Of a DNA stretch of 64,000 nt, positions 41,744-52,879 are shown one piece after another. Position 1 is the first letter of the stretch, and every line of letters begins with the position of its first letter. A program made the position numbers and the translations under genes. Below the pieces are notes generated by a model that was not told the origin of the DNA, ran no database searches, and worked only from the letters and a program-made list of their open reading frames with translations. Origin of the DNA: a virus (lineage: Duplodnaviria > Caudoviricetes); the IMG/VR virus record IMGVR_UViG_3300021399_000143, positions 11,743 through 75,742 of that record. The stretch is one strand, 5' to 3'.

Positions 41744-41754
41744 AATGGTAAATA
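41744..41754 (+). promoter_or_regulatory. putative late promoter AATGGTAAATA
   Basis: exact 11-mer upstream of 41785. Confidence 0.75.
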
Positions 41755-41784
41755 CTCACAACGGACAAGCAATAGGAAATTACC

Positions 41785-44700
41785 TTGGCAAATACAACCA
41801 TATATGACAGTGGAGACACTTTGATCAACCGTGGATTGTCAATGCGCACAATCAACAACGAATTGACAAATCTGTTCCAGAGATATTCCATGACCCTCAA
41901 CAAGATTATGGGGGACGAGTTGATAGGGAACTCCCAAATACGCCAATTCTATACTGACGAAGATGGGGTGTTCAAGGAATATTCCAAGGGTCAGATAGCG
42001 TTCAAGAACGACATAGACAATCTCAGATATCTACTCGACCACAAGACAACTGTATCCAATCTCATTGGTGTTGATGTCCAAACCATAAACAATGACAAAC
42101 GAGAACTTGCGAAGGTAAAGGACTATCTGAACAGATTGAAAAGTGTTTGTGAGTTGGGAAACGTCCATGACCCAATTCAACTGTACATATCCAAGCACGA
42201 CAACAACATTGGCAGTCTTGACCTGAACGTTGATTGGGTTGATTACATTCTAACATAGAAATGGATAGACAAGCTCGCAACCAAGGCCAATGGAGGAGAA
42301 TATTCCCCATCCGACTACAGAATCGAATATTTGTCGGACTTGATTGAAGGAATCCTCACTGACCATATAATAGACTACCACAAGAAACTGGAGGCGTTCG
42401 ACCCATCTGACTTCTTGAGCCAACCGAAGATGCCAATCAAGAATCCTGAAACAGGGAAAACCGTTGTGATTGACCTTCCATTGGAGGATGCAATGAACCA
42501 ATTGAACTCATTTGGGAAGCTTGACTATGGGTTCTATGAGATATTCAAGCCAATTGGTGGTGGCAAGGGGAAGCACATCAAGGTCAAGATGTCCACGGAT
42601 GGATATGTTGACATATCTGGCGTGGTTGGATTGTCGGATTGCGACCGCTGGGAATGGGAATATGGCTCGGAGGCATATCTGCGCTCCTTGAACACAGGAA
42701 ACCAAAGATACTTGCTCCAACTGGACATGCCATTGAACGATGGCAGCAGCGTTCTTTGGTGGAGGCCAGACAGTCCATAGAAGTTGAATCCCCAACCAGG
42801 TGATGAAGACCAAGCAACGATTAGAAACTTCAAGGACTACGAGGTTGAACGTTTCTTGCGTTGGTATGGAAACGATCACATTCCAAGGATTGACGAGGAC
42901 ACCTTGGAGAAATGCACAGTATGCTCATCCCCAAACCTCACTGACGATACTGAATCAGACAACTTCCACACTGACGCCAGAAACATAGGCGAAGCGAGAT
43001 TGGACTTGACCAGAATCAACATAGACGAGTCAACGTCACAATCGTTGCTCTATCTCTATCCAAAGGCGACAATCTCGGTAAGAACCTATTACCATGACGA
43101 AGAGAACAAGACATATAGATTCCCAAAGACAGTGGCGAAAGAGGGTGAAGTATTGGATGACCCAAGCAAGATACACCAATACCTTGAATTCATCGTCACA
43201 GGGAACAGACAAACAAGCAACGTGGCGTTTGACGTGAAGGGATGGATTGGAACAGACATACAAGAGAAGAACCACTACTTGCACACGTTGGGTCAAATGA
43301 CAGAAGAGATGGAAAGACTCTTCAACTACATGTTGTTCTTTGAGGTAAGCGAAGTCATCGTTCCTGGAATCACGACCATTTGGGACAACTTGAACTCCCA
43401 CTTCTGGGAAAAAGCAGTTGATGCAAAGGTAAAAATCAACGAAGATTGGATTCCAAGAAACTGGATTTACTTGGAGGACAAGCTTCAAGAACTTCTCAAA
43501 TCCCCAACCATAATAGACATCTTGCGATTCAGACAATTGGACTTTGACACCATAATCCTCAACAACGTTTCTCAATTGAACATCAGAAGAGATTGCTTCT
43601 TGAAGAAACTCGATGCGGACAGCGATGCATTCATTGACGAATATTGCCAAGGGGACAGAAATGACTTGAACGATATGAAAGCCCTTGTGAACAACAAAAT
43701 GGTATACATAGAGGATTTGTGGAATTACATAACCAACTATAAGGACAAACCATATGAGGAGCTTTCAGAATACTATCAAGGAATAACCCAACTTACTGAT
43801 GTGCAAAAGGCAAATCTCATAACTGCCCCACTCGAAAAGATGTATGGAAAGAAGTTGCCAACGTCAGAATATCAAGCAACTCGAATGAAGTTCTCTTCTG
43901 ATGGAGAATGGATTACATACAACATAGACGGAACATTGGACAAGAAGACCCTTGAGAATCTTGAATTGGTATACAAACCTAAAGAAGAGGGAGAAACAGA
44001 ACAAACAAGGGACTATCTGTTGTGGATGCGAAAGCCATATGCCATTGAGATTGGAACTGATGTCACGGAAATTGGGGATTATGTGTTTGCCAAATGCACA
44101 TCTTTGGTCAGTGTGACGATACCAAAATCCATTGAAAGCATTGGCAAGGAAATATTCAGGGAATGTCCCAATCTTTCAAGCATAACTTTCAGTGGCAGGA
44201 ATTTCGCAAACATAAGGGATATCAAGGATGCAAATGAAGAAAAACAGTATCCTTGGGGACTTGATTTCAATAAAGATGATGAAGATGAAGATGAAAATGA
44301 CGACTATAAATACATCTTCAACAAGGGGGAGTTCTCTGATGTCAGAGTGGAAACCTTGCGTGAAAGGATAACCACTTTCAACAACCTAATCGTAAGGCTC
44401 CCTGTTGGTCCAAGACAACACAACTGCATAGCGTCCAAGCGCATATTCCAGGATTGGAAAGCGTTTGTGGATGGAGCAAAGAAACACTTGATTGAAAATC
44501 AGGAATTGTTTGAGGGAAATGATGTTTCGGAATTGGGTACAGACGGGAAGGAACACAAATACAAGGAACTTTACATAGACGAAGCCAAGACGATCCCATT
44601 GATTGACTATTCATATATCACAAGAGACGAATAGAGTGGAATTCCAAGTGCCGATAGATGGGATTATTGGACAGAAGAGGACTTCAAGTGGCCTCAATGA
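41785..44700 (+). CDS. 971 aa recoded late protein with a BspA-type LRR module
   Basis: three track ORFs joined by TAGs 42256, 42778, 44632; IEIGTDVTEIGDYVFAKCTSLVSVTIPKSIESIG; TGA stop. Confidence 0.7.
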
Positions 44701-44703
44701 CCA

Positions 44704-45396
44704 TTAGACTAGTTTCTCAATGTCATTGTCCAGATTCATCCTGCATTTGGCGATGTAGCCACGAACCTTGGCAGAATTGTCGAAATCTCCATTGATAACA
44801 CAAGACTTCATGATGGCAAGAAGTTGGTTGGATGAACGAACCTGGATGTGTTTCCCTTCTATTTCTAATTGGATTGACAAGCATTTCTTGGGGAAGAACG
44901 ACGAAACTGAATCAATGAAGTCGTAAACCCCCAAGGATTGGATTGCATAAGCCTTGACATTTGGCAAATCCATCTTGGACAAGTCAATGAACACATCATC
45001 AAGGAAATCGCCAATCTCCCTATCCTGTGAGACATAGATGTTCTCTGAAACTGGAACATACCTTCTGTTGGCGTAGTGGAACACCTTATCCTTGCGCTCT
45101 TGAGACAAATCCTTCAATCCCTCTATATATCGGAGAAACGGTTGAAGCCTGACATTGTTCACCGGCTTTGGCTCTTGGACGACCAATCCTATTCCATTGT
45201 CAGAAACCCTCGCAAGTTTCTCGACCATGAACTTGATGGTGGCTTTCCTCTCAGATTCAAGTGGAATGGATTTGAGGTACAGAACGCCAGAATCCTCAAC
45301 GAACACGGACTTGTCTCCACCAACCTTTTCCGGCAGGAACTCGTTGTACCATAGGGTCACGAGATTTCTGAAGTTGATGACATTGTATCTCGTCAT
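44704..45396 (-). CDS. hypothetical protein
   Basis: 230 aa, TAA stop. Confidence 0.7.
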   Translation of the reverse strand: MTRYNVINFRNLVTLWYNEFLPEKVGGDKSVFVEDSGVLYLKSIPLESERKATIKFMVEKLARVSDNGIGLVVQEPKPVNNVRLQPFLRYIEGLKDLSQERKDKVFHYANRRYVPVSENIYVSQDREIGDFLDDVFIDLSKMDLPNVKAYAIQSLGVYDFIDSVSSFFPKKCLSIQLEIEGKHIQVRSSNQLLAIMKSCVINGDFDNSAKVRGYIAKCRMNLDNDIEKLV

Positions 45397-45398
45397 GA

Positions 45399-45878
45399 TT
45401 AGTCCAAGTACGATTCAAGTTCTGAAAGGATCTCGATTCTGTCCTTTGGATTGCCATAGTCCTTGCTGAACCTGAACATCTTGCAACCCTTAGGGAAGTC
45501 AATTCCCTCTGTGCGGGTTCTCCTGTTGAAGTTGTCTGCATCTTCATCGTCACATTCATCATAGCTGTCCATCTTCTTGAAGTTGGATGCCTTGTATAGA
45601 TATCCACCTTCAGAGATGTAGTATTTCGCCTTGATGATTGGAATATTTCCCTTCGTCAAGTCTATCTGGTGCATATCCAAGTCCATAAGAAGTTCTGGCG
45701 TGAGATTGAAGATGTAGTCTCCCTCGGAACCACGGTTTGGCAACACCAAAAGATACGCCTCATCATCACCAAGCTGAGAGAACGCATCAATGTCAAACTC
45801 ATAAACATCCATCCTTTCGCCAATGATAACGAAAGATGAAGAACTTGAATTGCTTACGTAATCTGTCCTAATCTTCAT
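45399..45878 (-). CDS. conserved phage protein (KIRxDxVSNSSSSSF family)
   Basis: N-terminal MKIRTDYVSNSSSSSFVI. Confidence 0.75.
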   Translation of the reverse strand: MKIRTDYVSNSSSSSFVIIGERMDVYEFDIDAFSQLGDDEAYLLVLPNRGSEGDYIFNLTPELLMDLDMHQIDLTKGNIPIIKAKYYISEGGYLYKASNFKKMDSYDECDDEDADNFNRRTRTEGIDFPKGCKMFRFSKDYGNPKDRIEILSELESYLD

Positions 45879-45937
45879 ATGGTATTGCCTTTCCTTGATA
45901 TAGTATACCACTTTCAGGGATTAGGGTAAAGTCCAGA

Positions 45938-47203
45938 TCAAGCGATAATCAGAAGTCTGTCGTTGGAGCGAGTCACCGCAGTATAGAGCCACTTGCTTCT
46001 GTAATCCTCGTCCCAATATCCACAACTTTCCTCAAATAGCATCACATTTCCCCATTCAGAGCCTTGTGCCTTGTGGACAGTGAGACAGTAGCCAAAGTCA
46101 AAGGAGTCGAAATAGAGTTTCTTCTTGCCAATCTTGCGCAATACTTTCCTCTCGGCTATGGTCAAGTTGGACTTGAGTTTCATCAACTCCCTTACAGTTA
46201 TGAACTCCTTGCCATCAGACGCATACTTCATTTCCCCAAAGTGATGCTTGTTCACGAAACCTGAGTAGCCAAATCCATCATCAACATCCACTGACATGGA
46301 ATAGACACCCTCAAGCCCCTCGCCCCCATATGCGTTCGCATCGTTGATTGAAGTTATCTTTCCAAGCATTCCATTGTAGATTGGCTCAGCAAGCGCACGG
46401 TTGTTTCGCAAGCACACAACCCTGTCACCCACCCTCGGTATCTTGTCCTCTATGTCAGAGACCACGCCATAGTTGAGCCTGATGAGCTGATTGACATCCA
46501 CCCTCGTATTGTTGGTTCCGCAAAGACAAACGCCATTTGAGAAGTCAGAAAGATGGTTGAGAATGAAGTCATTTACCAATGGGTCGGATTCCTTCACCTT
46601 CGCCACCTTGTCGTCAAATTGCTTGAAGGGAATCTCATCGCCATTTCTCGCCATTATGGACAAGTCAAGCAAAGCGGAGTTCTGGCCAAACCTATGAACC
46701 TCTTCAAGTCTAATCACAGGATTGGACATGAGATTGAAGTCGTCTGACGAGATTGGTGGAAGCTGACCGTGGTCTCCAACGAACAGAATTGGAATCCCAT
46801 ACATACGAAGGTCTTGGAACAACTCTTGATTCACCATTGAAGCCTCGTCCACTATAATGAGGTTGTAGTCAAGATATGGAACTCGCTCAAAGACGTTCAG
46901 CTTGGTTTCTGGGTCTCTTCTGCATCTATAGCAAAGCCCGTGGATTGTTCCTATGTAGTCCCCCAATTGCGTGGCGTTTGCAGTCAAGAGCTTGTCCTTC
47001 ATCACGCCAGAAGCCTTGCCTGTATATGCGCAGAACGCCACACGCCATCTCTTTGGCAGGTTCTTGCGAACCTCTGCAATGAGGGATGTCTTTCCCGTTC
47101 CGGCATATCCACCAAGAGTCAGAAAGGAAGCCCGTGTTGGAGACTTAATCCAATCCAGAATAGTTTGCTTTGCGTCAAGTTGGTCTTTGCTCAATGTTAT
47201 CAT
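45938..47203 (-). CDS. SF1B helicase, Dda/RecD-like
   Basis: GYAGTGKT, IIVDEASM, VGDHGQLPP, EVHR, TVHKAQGSEW, YTAVTR; no TAG. Confidence 0.92.
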   Translation of the reverse strand: MITLSKDQLDAKQTILDWIKSPTRASFLTLGGYAGTGKTSLIAEVRKNLPKRWRVAFCAYTGKASGVMKDKLLTANATQLGDYIGTIHGLCYRCRRDPETKLNVFERVPYLDYNLIIVDEASMVNQELFQDLRMYGIPILFVGDHGQLPPISSDDFNLMSNPVIRLEEVHRFGQNSALLDLSIMARNGDEIPFKQFDDKVAKVKESDPLVNDFILNHLSDFSNGVCLCGTNNTRVDVNQLIRLNYGVVSDIEDKIPRVGDRVVCLRNNRALAEPIYNGMLGKITSINDANAYGGEGLEGVYSMSVDVDDGFGYSGFVNKHHFGEMKYASDGKEFITVRELMKLKSNLTIAERKVLRKIGKKKLYFDSFDFGYCLTVHKAQGSEWGNVMLFEESCGYWDEDYRSKWLYTAVTRSNDRLLIIA

Positions 47204-47211
47204 GGCAATCT

Positions 47212-47242
47212 ATTATACCATTTACGCGCCAAATGGTAAATA
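47212..47242. promoter_or_regulatory. overlapping divergent promoters (sigma70 on minus, late on plus)
   Basis: TTTACC-17-TATAAT (minus) shares bases with AATGGTAAATA (plus); second GTAAATA at 47290. Confidence 0.7.
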
Positions 47243-47329
47243 CCATCAAATAAGGTTGAAACATGGAAACGGATTTCAACAAGAATTGTGTAAATAATAG
47301 TAGTCGAACAAAATTACTGAAGCAAACAC

Positions 47330-49408
47330 ATGAGACTTGAAGAACTATATGCCAAGTTTGATACGATTGTTGGTGCTGGTGGGTTCAACGTAACCCCAGT
47401 TGAGCATTTCGTGTTTGACTTGACCGACGAGAACTCCCAGAACTCGTTGAAAGCAGCATTTCCTGGGATTGAGTCTCTGCTCATGCCTGAATCAGGAAAG
47501 TACCTCGTGGCATCCACAATCGTTGAGAAGCCAGAGATTCTTGTCCTCATGTTCCCATCTCAAGCGGACGGAAGCTTGGGTCTTTGCGCGTTCAACACTG
47601 CAACCAAGAAGGGAAAGAGGCTTGACAACACCCTGCAAGAGGACGAAGAGCAGAAGACCACGATAGACAATTTTGACAAAGACTTCGCAAACATGGAAGA
47701 TATTGCCCGGAAGTTCAATGAATTCGCATTCATGTCCGATGGTGAGAACCCCACTGAAGTCAAAGACATTGGTTCATTTGAAGTTTCAACCGATGAACCT
47801 GTGGAAATAACAAACACAAATACAGACGACAACGAGGAAACTAAAATGGCATTCAAACCAATTAATGAAGAGGATGAACTCAAGGAGACCAAGTGGGTTG
47901 AGATTCCAAATACCAACGCACATGGTGTCACTGTGACAGAGGATGGAGAGGAACAGGCAGATCCATTTGCCGATGGCTCTCTTGACGCAACCGCGGATCA
48001 AACAGCAGACGCTGGAAACGCTGACGCTGGAAACGCTGACGCAACAGGTGGCGAGACGCAACCAGCAGAAGGAGACGCAACAACTGCTGATGCTTCTGGT
48101 GGTGACGCAACTGCTAATGCAGGTGGTGAGCAAGCGGGTGACGCAACCGCAGACGCCAATGCTGGTGATGCAACAGCTGAAGCCCCCGCTGAAGGAGATG
48201 GTGCGGCAACCATTGACGATCCAAAGGCAAAGATGCGCGAACTTCTCGCATATTACACCAACTACATGAATGAATTGGTTCAGGATCCAAACACCTCCAC
48301 TGAGCTTATTTCTGCAACGCAGGACATGATTGATTCTCTCATCAAGAACATGGAAAGCGCCGATGGAATTGAGGAAGTCAAGGCTGACCAAGAGGAAGCC
48401 GCGAAAGAGGAAGTGAGTGCTGAAGAAGCCCCCTCTGAAGGTGGGAATGAAGGTGGTGAATCTGCTCCTACAGAGGGAGAAGGTGAATCTGCTCCATCTG
48501 AAGGCGAACAAGTTTCTGAGGGATCTGAATGTTCCGCAGAATGTGGCTCAGATGGTGCTTCTGTTGGCTCTGACGATGGTTCTCTTGTGAAAGAGGAGGA
48601 AGACAAGAAGGACGGTGACGATGACGCAGCAAGCGATGCAAAGATTGATGCCGAAATCGACGACCTCCACAAGGATGATATTACTGACATTGAGCCAATC
48701 ACAGGAGACGACATTCTCACCCCAGGTGACATTCGCAACTCCGCAGTGAATGACGTTGATTTGAGCGACGTTCCCCCAACATCCGACGAGGAGCTTGCAG
48801 CAACAACGCCAGACGAGACGGCTCAGCCTACAAGTGACGTTCTTGACGACACCGCACTTCCTACCCCAGATGAGGAAGTTGATTTGCTCGGCACAGACGA
48901 CCTTGACGAATATGCAATTGGAGCCGATGGACTTCCAGTTGACAAGTACGAAGGGGACATTGACACATTGACGGCCACGCCAGTATCCAAGAAAATCAAT
49001 TGGTCAAGCGACTATGCGACAAATGGAATGGCTACGTCCGACGACAACTCAGTGGTTGTTCCAGAGGTTCTGAAGGAACTTGAGGACTACTACAAGAAGG
49101 TTGCCGACGAAGTGAGCAAGGTTCCTGGCAAGGAGGACGTTGCGATGAAGTTGCAGAAGATTCAGATTCTCTCTCAGACCATCGCAAACGAGTGGAACGG
49201 CATCGTTTCTCAGATCTCCGACACTTGCGCCAATTCCTACGATCTCTCCAACATGTGCGATCTTGAGAAGGACGAACTTGCCTCTCAGGACGCAATGAAC
49301 ATGGTTGGGGCAGACGTGATGGCTGACGATGAAGCTGCTGAAGAGGATGACCTCAAGATCAACAACGACATCGCATCCTTCGTGGAATCCTTCAAGCACC
49401 TCTACTGA
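47330..49408 (+). CDS. 692 aa highly acidic late protein (scaffold/internal head-like)
   Basis: late motifs upstream; D/E/A-rich low complexity; no TAG. Confidence 0.6.
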   Translation: MRLEELYAKFDTIVGAGGFNVTPVEHFVFDLTDENSQNSLKAAFPGIESLLMPESGKYLVASTIVEKPEILVLMFPSQADGSLGLCAFNTATKKGKRLDNTLQEDEEQKTTIDNFDKDFANMEDIARKFNEFAFMSDGENPTEVKDIGSFEVSTDEPVEITNTNTDDNEETKMAFKPINEEDELKETKWVEIPNTNAHGVTVTEDGEEQADPFADGSLDATADQTADAGNADAGNADATGGETQPAEGDATTADASGGDATANAGGEQAGDATADANAGDATAEAPAEGDGAATIDDPKAKMRELLAYYTNYMNELVQDPNTSTELISATQDMIDSLIKNMESADGIEEVKADQEEAAKEEVSAEEAPSEGGNEGGESAPTEGEGESAPSEGEQVSEGSECSAECGSDGASVGSDDGSLVKEEEDKKDGDDDAASDAKIDAEIDDLHKDDITDIEPITGDDILTPGDIRNSAVNDVDLSDVPPTSDEELAATTPDETAQPTSDVLDDTALPTPDEEVDLLGTDDLDEYAIGADGLPVDKYEGDIDTLTATPVSKKINWSSDYATNGMATSDDNSVVVPEVLKELEDYYKKVADEVSKVPGKEDVAMKLQKIQILSQTIANEWNGIVSQISDTCANSYDLSNMCDLEKDELASQDAMNMVGADVMADDEAAEEDDLKINNDIASFVESFKHLY
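48011..48042 (+). repeat. 15-bp tandem repeat
   Basis: GCTGGAAACGCTGAC x2 encoding AGNAD x2. Confidence 0.8.
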
Positions 49409-49432
49409 AACATATAAGAGGATGCATGAACG

Positions 49433-49458
49433 AAAAGCCACCCAATTGGGTGGCTTTT
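49433..49458. terminator. bidirectional intrinsic terminator
   Basis: AAAAGCCACCC-AATT-GGGTGGCTTTT between convergent genes. Confidence 0.85.
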
Positions 49459-49491
49459 CTGCTTTCAACAATAATGGAGCTATGTTGAAAA

Positions 49492-49716
49492 TCACTTCTG
49501 AGGCGCAACTACCCTATACCAAAGAAGCGAATTGGTCTTGCAGTGGAAATCCACACCAACCTTTTGGGCAATTTCCGCAGTCTTTTCGGTAAGCCTTGTG
49601 GTGGTTACGCGATCAACTCCAGCTATTACGCACACCAAGGCAAGCGCAACCGTAAGCACGATGTTCATGCGCAAGTTGTCCTTCTTCAGTTTCTTGATTT
49701 CGTCTTCAATGTTCAT
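49492..49716 (-). CDS. small single-TM protein
   Basis: AAGGAG SD; NIVLTVALALVCVIAGV. Confidence 0.65.
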   Translation of the reverse strand: MNIEDEIKKLKKDNLRMNIVLTVALALVCVIAGVDRVTTTRLTEKTAEIAQKVGVDFHCKTNSLLWYRVVAPQK

Positions 49717-51631
49717 TGTTTGTTTCTCCTTCGTCCTAATCCCGCACTATGCGTGAAATGTTATCCTGCTTCTGAACCACCATCATCTGGGTCTCTGGCA
49801 TGTCCTTGAACATGGTCTCGACCTCTCCACGGTGGGAGATGATGGAGATGTTCGTGTTCTCCTTCTGAGAAAGTTGAAGCAATATGCCCAGCAACTTCTG
49901 AATCGACACACTGTCCAACGCCCTGTCAACAACCTCGTCTATAATCATTATGTTCATGCAGACGTTGAACCTGGAGATGAGGAACTTTCTAAACGCCAAT
50001 TGGGACGATATGATGAGCTTCATCTGCTCTCCAAGCGAAAGGTTGGGGAAATCCAACTCTCCACCACTGGACTGAATCTCGTAGTCGTTCATGTCGCTTG
50101 TGAGATTGCAGGTGAAATTGACGCAAAGCTCCGAAAGATTGGCGTTTATCATTGCGTTGATTGAGGATACAACCCGTGATATGATGTTCTTCTTGATTGC
50201 GTCAGGTGAGACTATCTCAGAACCAACCTTGAGCAAGCAAAGGTGCATTGCCTCGTCCTTAAGTTGCTTCTCCACTTCCTCAATGTCCCTCAACGTCTGC
50301 TTATACACGTCATATGAAGGTATCTTGTCCTCGTTCTCCATTGAATCCATCAAGTCAGCAACCTTGCGCTCCAAGTCCTTTATGGACTTCAACAATTGGG
50401 ACTTCTGGAACTGAAGGTTGCGTTCCTCAACTTGCGTCTCAGAAAGCTCGCCAATCTTCGCCAATTCCTCTGACTTGAGCTTGTCGTCATAGACCTTCAC
50501 CTTGGCTAGTTGCTGACTACAATTCGCAATCTTCTCGTTCTCTTGGTCTATTTGGGAGTTCAACTTCTCTATCTCGTCCCTATACACATCCAACGAATAG
50601 AACTTGTTGACAACTTGCTTGCAATCGTCGCAAATCATTCCGAGGACTTCCTTGTGCTTGTTCAATTCCCTCTGATGGTGCGAGATTGTCGTGTTGTAGT
50701 TGTTTATCTCAATCTTCGCATTGGTCATCACGTCATTGCACTTGGAAATGACTTCATCAAGCTTCATCTTGTTCTCGCGTATCTTCGCCAACGCCTCCTC
50801 TATGACCTTCCTCTGCTCCTCGATCCCCTTGAACTTTGGACCGAAGCCTTGCACCTTCTCTTCAAGAACGGACTTCTCCTTGTTCGTCTCTGCAATCTGG
50901 TCGTTGACGCTGGCCTTGTACCTCTCAATGCTTTCCTCGCAAACCTCCTTGGTCTTGGCATACTTCATCTGATTCACCTTGAGGTTCTGAAGCACCATGT
51001 TCTTGGACTTCATGTCGTCGCCCATCATCTTGTACATCTTGGAATAGATGGAAGTGTCGAACAAAGTCTCCACGAAATCCCTCTTCTGCCCGGCATTCAA
51101 CTTGAAGAAGTTGTACTTGTCGTCAACAGAAAGCATGACCAGGCGCTGATACATCTCGAAGTTCATGAACAGAACATTGTCCTCAATGTACTTCTGTGTA
51201 TTCGCTGACGAAGACTTGGATATGTCCTTCCAATCACCATCTTTCAAGATAAGCAATTGAAGCACAACTGTAGAAGAACCCTTCTGAATCCCACGAATTA
51301 TCTTCCAATGCTTCACGTCAGTATTTGATATGATTGAATCAACCTCAACGGACACAAACATCTTCCAATTGCCCCTCAATTCGTCCGCATACTTGTTCTT
51401 CAAGTTGGAATTGTGTATCTTGCCATACAACTGACCAAAGAGCGAATACATGAGGGCATGAGACAAAGCTGACTTTCCTGAGCCATTTGAGGTGTTGCCC
51501 AAAGTGGTCTCAGTGTCCTTGTTCTTACCCTTGATTAGCACAAGCCTGTTCGTATTGTCAAAATCCCATTCCTCATCCTGAAACGACAGGAAGTTGTGTA
51601 TGTCAATCTTCTTTACCTTTACTCTGACCAT
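49706..51631 (-). CDS. gp46: recombination endonuclease ATPase subunit (gp46/SbcC/Rad50)
   Basis: GSGKS Walker A, CDDC zinc hook, LSLGE signature, IIDEV Walker B; only TAG is at 49736, 10 codons before TGA. Confidence 0.92.
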
Positions 51632-51667
51632 TTGTGATGAAATCCTTGCAATGCTCTCCTTGTTTCA

Positions 51668-51699
51668 ATTATACCATTATTGACATATAATTGTAAATA
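51668..51699. promoter_or_regulatory. overlapping divergent promoters (sigma70 on minus, late on plus)
   Basis: TTTACA-18-TATAAT (minus) shares bases with AATTGTAAATA (plus). Confidence 0.7.
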
Positions 51700-51707
51700 C
51701 TACTACG

Positions 51708-52238
51708 ATGTATTGGAAACGACTATACAATGAATCTGATGGTGAAGTCCAGACTTTGCCAGTAGAGGTGTCGATGAGGGAACTGAAGTTGATTCAGAAC
51801 TATCTGACGAAAGGCAAGCCCCTTAACGACCCATCAAACAGAGAATGCCAAGAACTCGTAATTAGGATTCTCAAGGGATTGGTGGAGAACGCTGACATAG
51901 AAAAACTTGACATCTATGTTTCCAATGTCCTGCACGAGAACTTTGGCGTTGAGGTTGATTTAGATCCCTATGGAGAGAACTCTGCAATTGAACTGGCAGA
52001 GAATGGGATGATTCCAATGTCAAATTGCAAATATTCACAACTATGCCAAGATGGGGAATACAAGGACTTGATTCAAGGTGGATTCTGGAACCCTGACACT
52101 GGCATATTGGAGGAGGGGTTCATAGAGGTGGAGGACATGAACCTCATACTGCAAGAAATGACATTTGAGAAGGACATAGACACGATACAATTGAAGAAAG
52201 ATGGCAAGGTTGCCAAGCTTCTGCTGACATTCAAATGA
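51708..52238 (+). CDS. late protein with capsid-targeting-like leader
   Basis: MYWKRLYNE-S; ATG 8 nt after late motif. Confidence 0.65.
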   Translation: MYWKRLYNESDGEVQTLPVEVSMRELKLIQNYLTKGKPLNDPSNRECQELVIRILKGLVENADIEKLDIYVSNVLHENFGVEVDLDPYGENSAIELAENGMIPMSNCKYSQLCQDGEYKDLIQGGFWNPDTGILEEGFIEVEDMNLILQEMTFEKDIDTIQLKKDGKVAKLLLTFK

Positions 52239-52252
52239 GGAGACGAACTACA

Positions 52253-52684
52253 ATGAAATGGAAGAAATATACAGAAAGCATCAATCCGGATGTTCCATAC
52301 ATACCATCCAAGTTCATATTGCATGATGTGGATGAAATCACTCCGGAACATGACAGCTATGGCAGCTTGGCGTCTGACGCACAGTTCTTAATTGACGAGT
52401 ACATTGGCAGTCAAGCGAAGAAATACTACACGAATGGACACATCCCAACAGACGAAGAGGAAGCAATTCGAGATTCTTTGACTGCAATATATGTGGAGTT
52501 TGAGTATTGGTGCGAGGAAGATGAGGAATATGATGCTGGATACGAAGATGGCAAGATTATGTTCATCATAGACACTTCAGACAACAGAATAATAGACACA
52601 GACACATTCTCGAAGGACATTCCTGAAGATGTGGTTGATAGAGCAAAAGAAGAGGCTCTGAAGTACATCAAATCACACAATTGA
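52253..52684 (+). CDS. acidic late protein with capsid-targeting-like leader
   Basis: MKWKKYTE-S; GAGGAG SD. Confidence 0.65.
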   Translation: MKWKKYTESINPDVPYIPSKFILHDVDEITPEHDSYGSLASDAQFLIDEYIGSQAKKYYTNGHIPTDEEEAIRDSLTAIYVEFEYWCEEDEEYDAGYEDGKIMFIIDTSDNRIIDTDTFSKDIPEDVVDRAKEEALKYIKSHN

Positions 52685-52710
52685 CATCTACAACAAGGAG
52701 ACAACAAACA

Positions 52711-52879
52711 ATGACTACAAATTTATTTAATTTACAGACAAATTATAGTAAAAATTATATATAATTTTATGTAAATAATATATGATGAAGATGTAGTTCA
52801 CGCGAACTTCATGGACATATCAATATTATATGATTTTAATTGTAAATATTCATATCAACATAAACATAGGAAATTTACC
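52711..52879. other. very AT-rich intergenic island with 18-bp palindrome and two late motifs
   Basis: 5 G/C in 52721-52780; AAAATTATATATAATTTT at 52751-52768; GTAAATA at 52771 and 52842. Confidence 0.65.

Noticed and set aside
44704-45396. Possible gp47/Mre11 partner of gp46
   Set aside because: No phosphoesterase motifs (DxH, GD, GNH).
52811-52879. N-terminal extension of the 52880 gene given by the track
   Set aside because: Runs through the AT-rich promoter region; SD supports ATG 52880.
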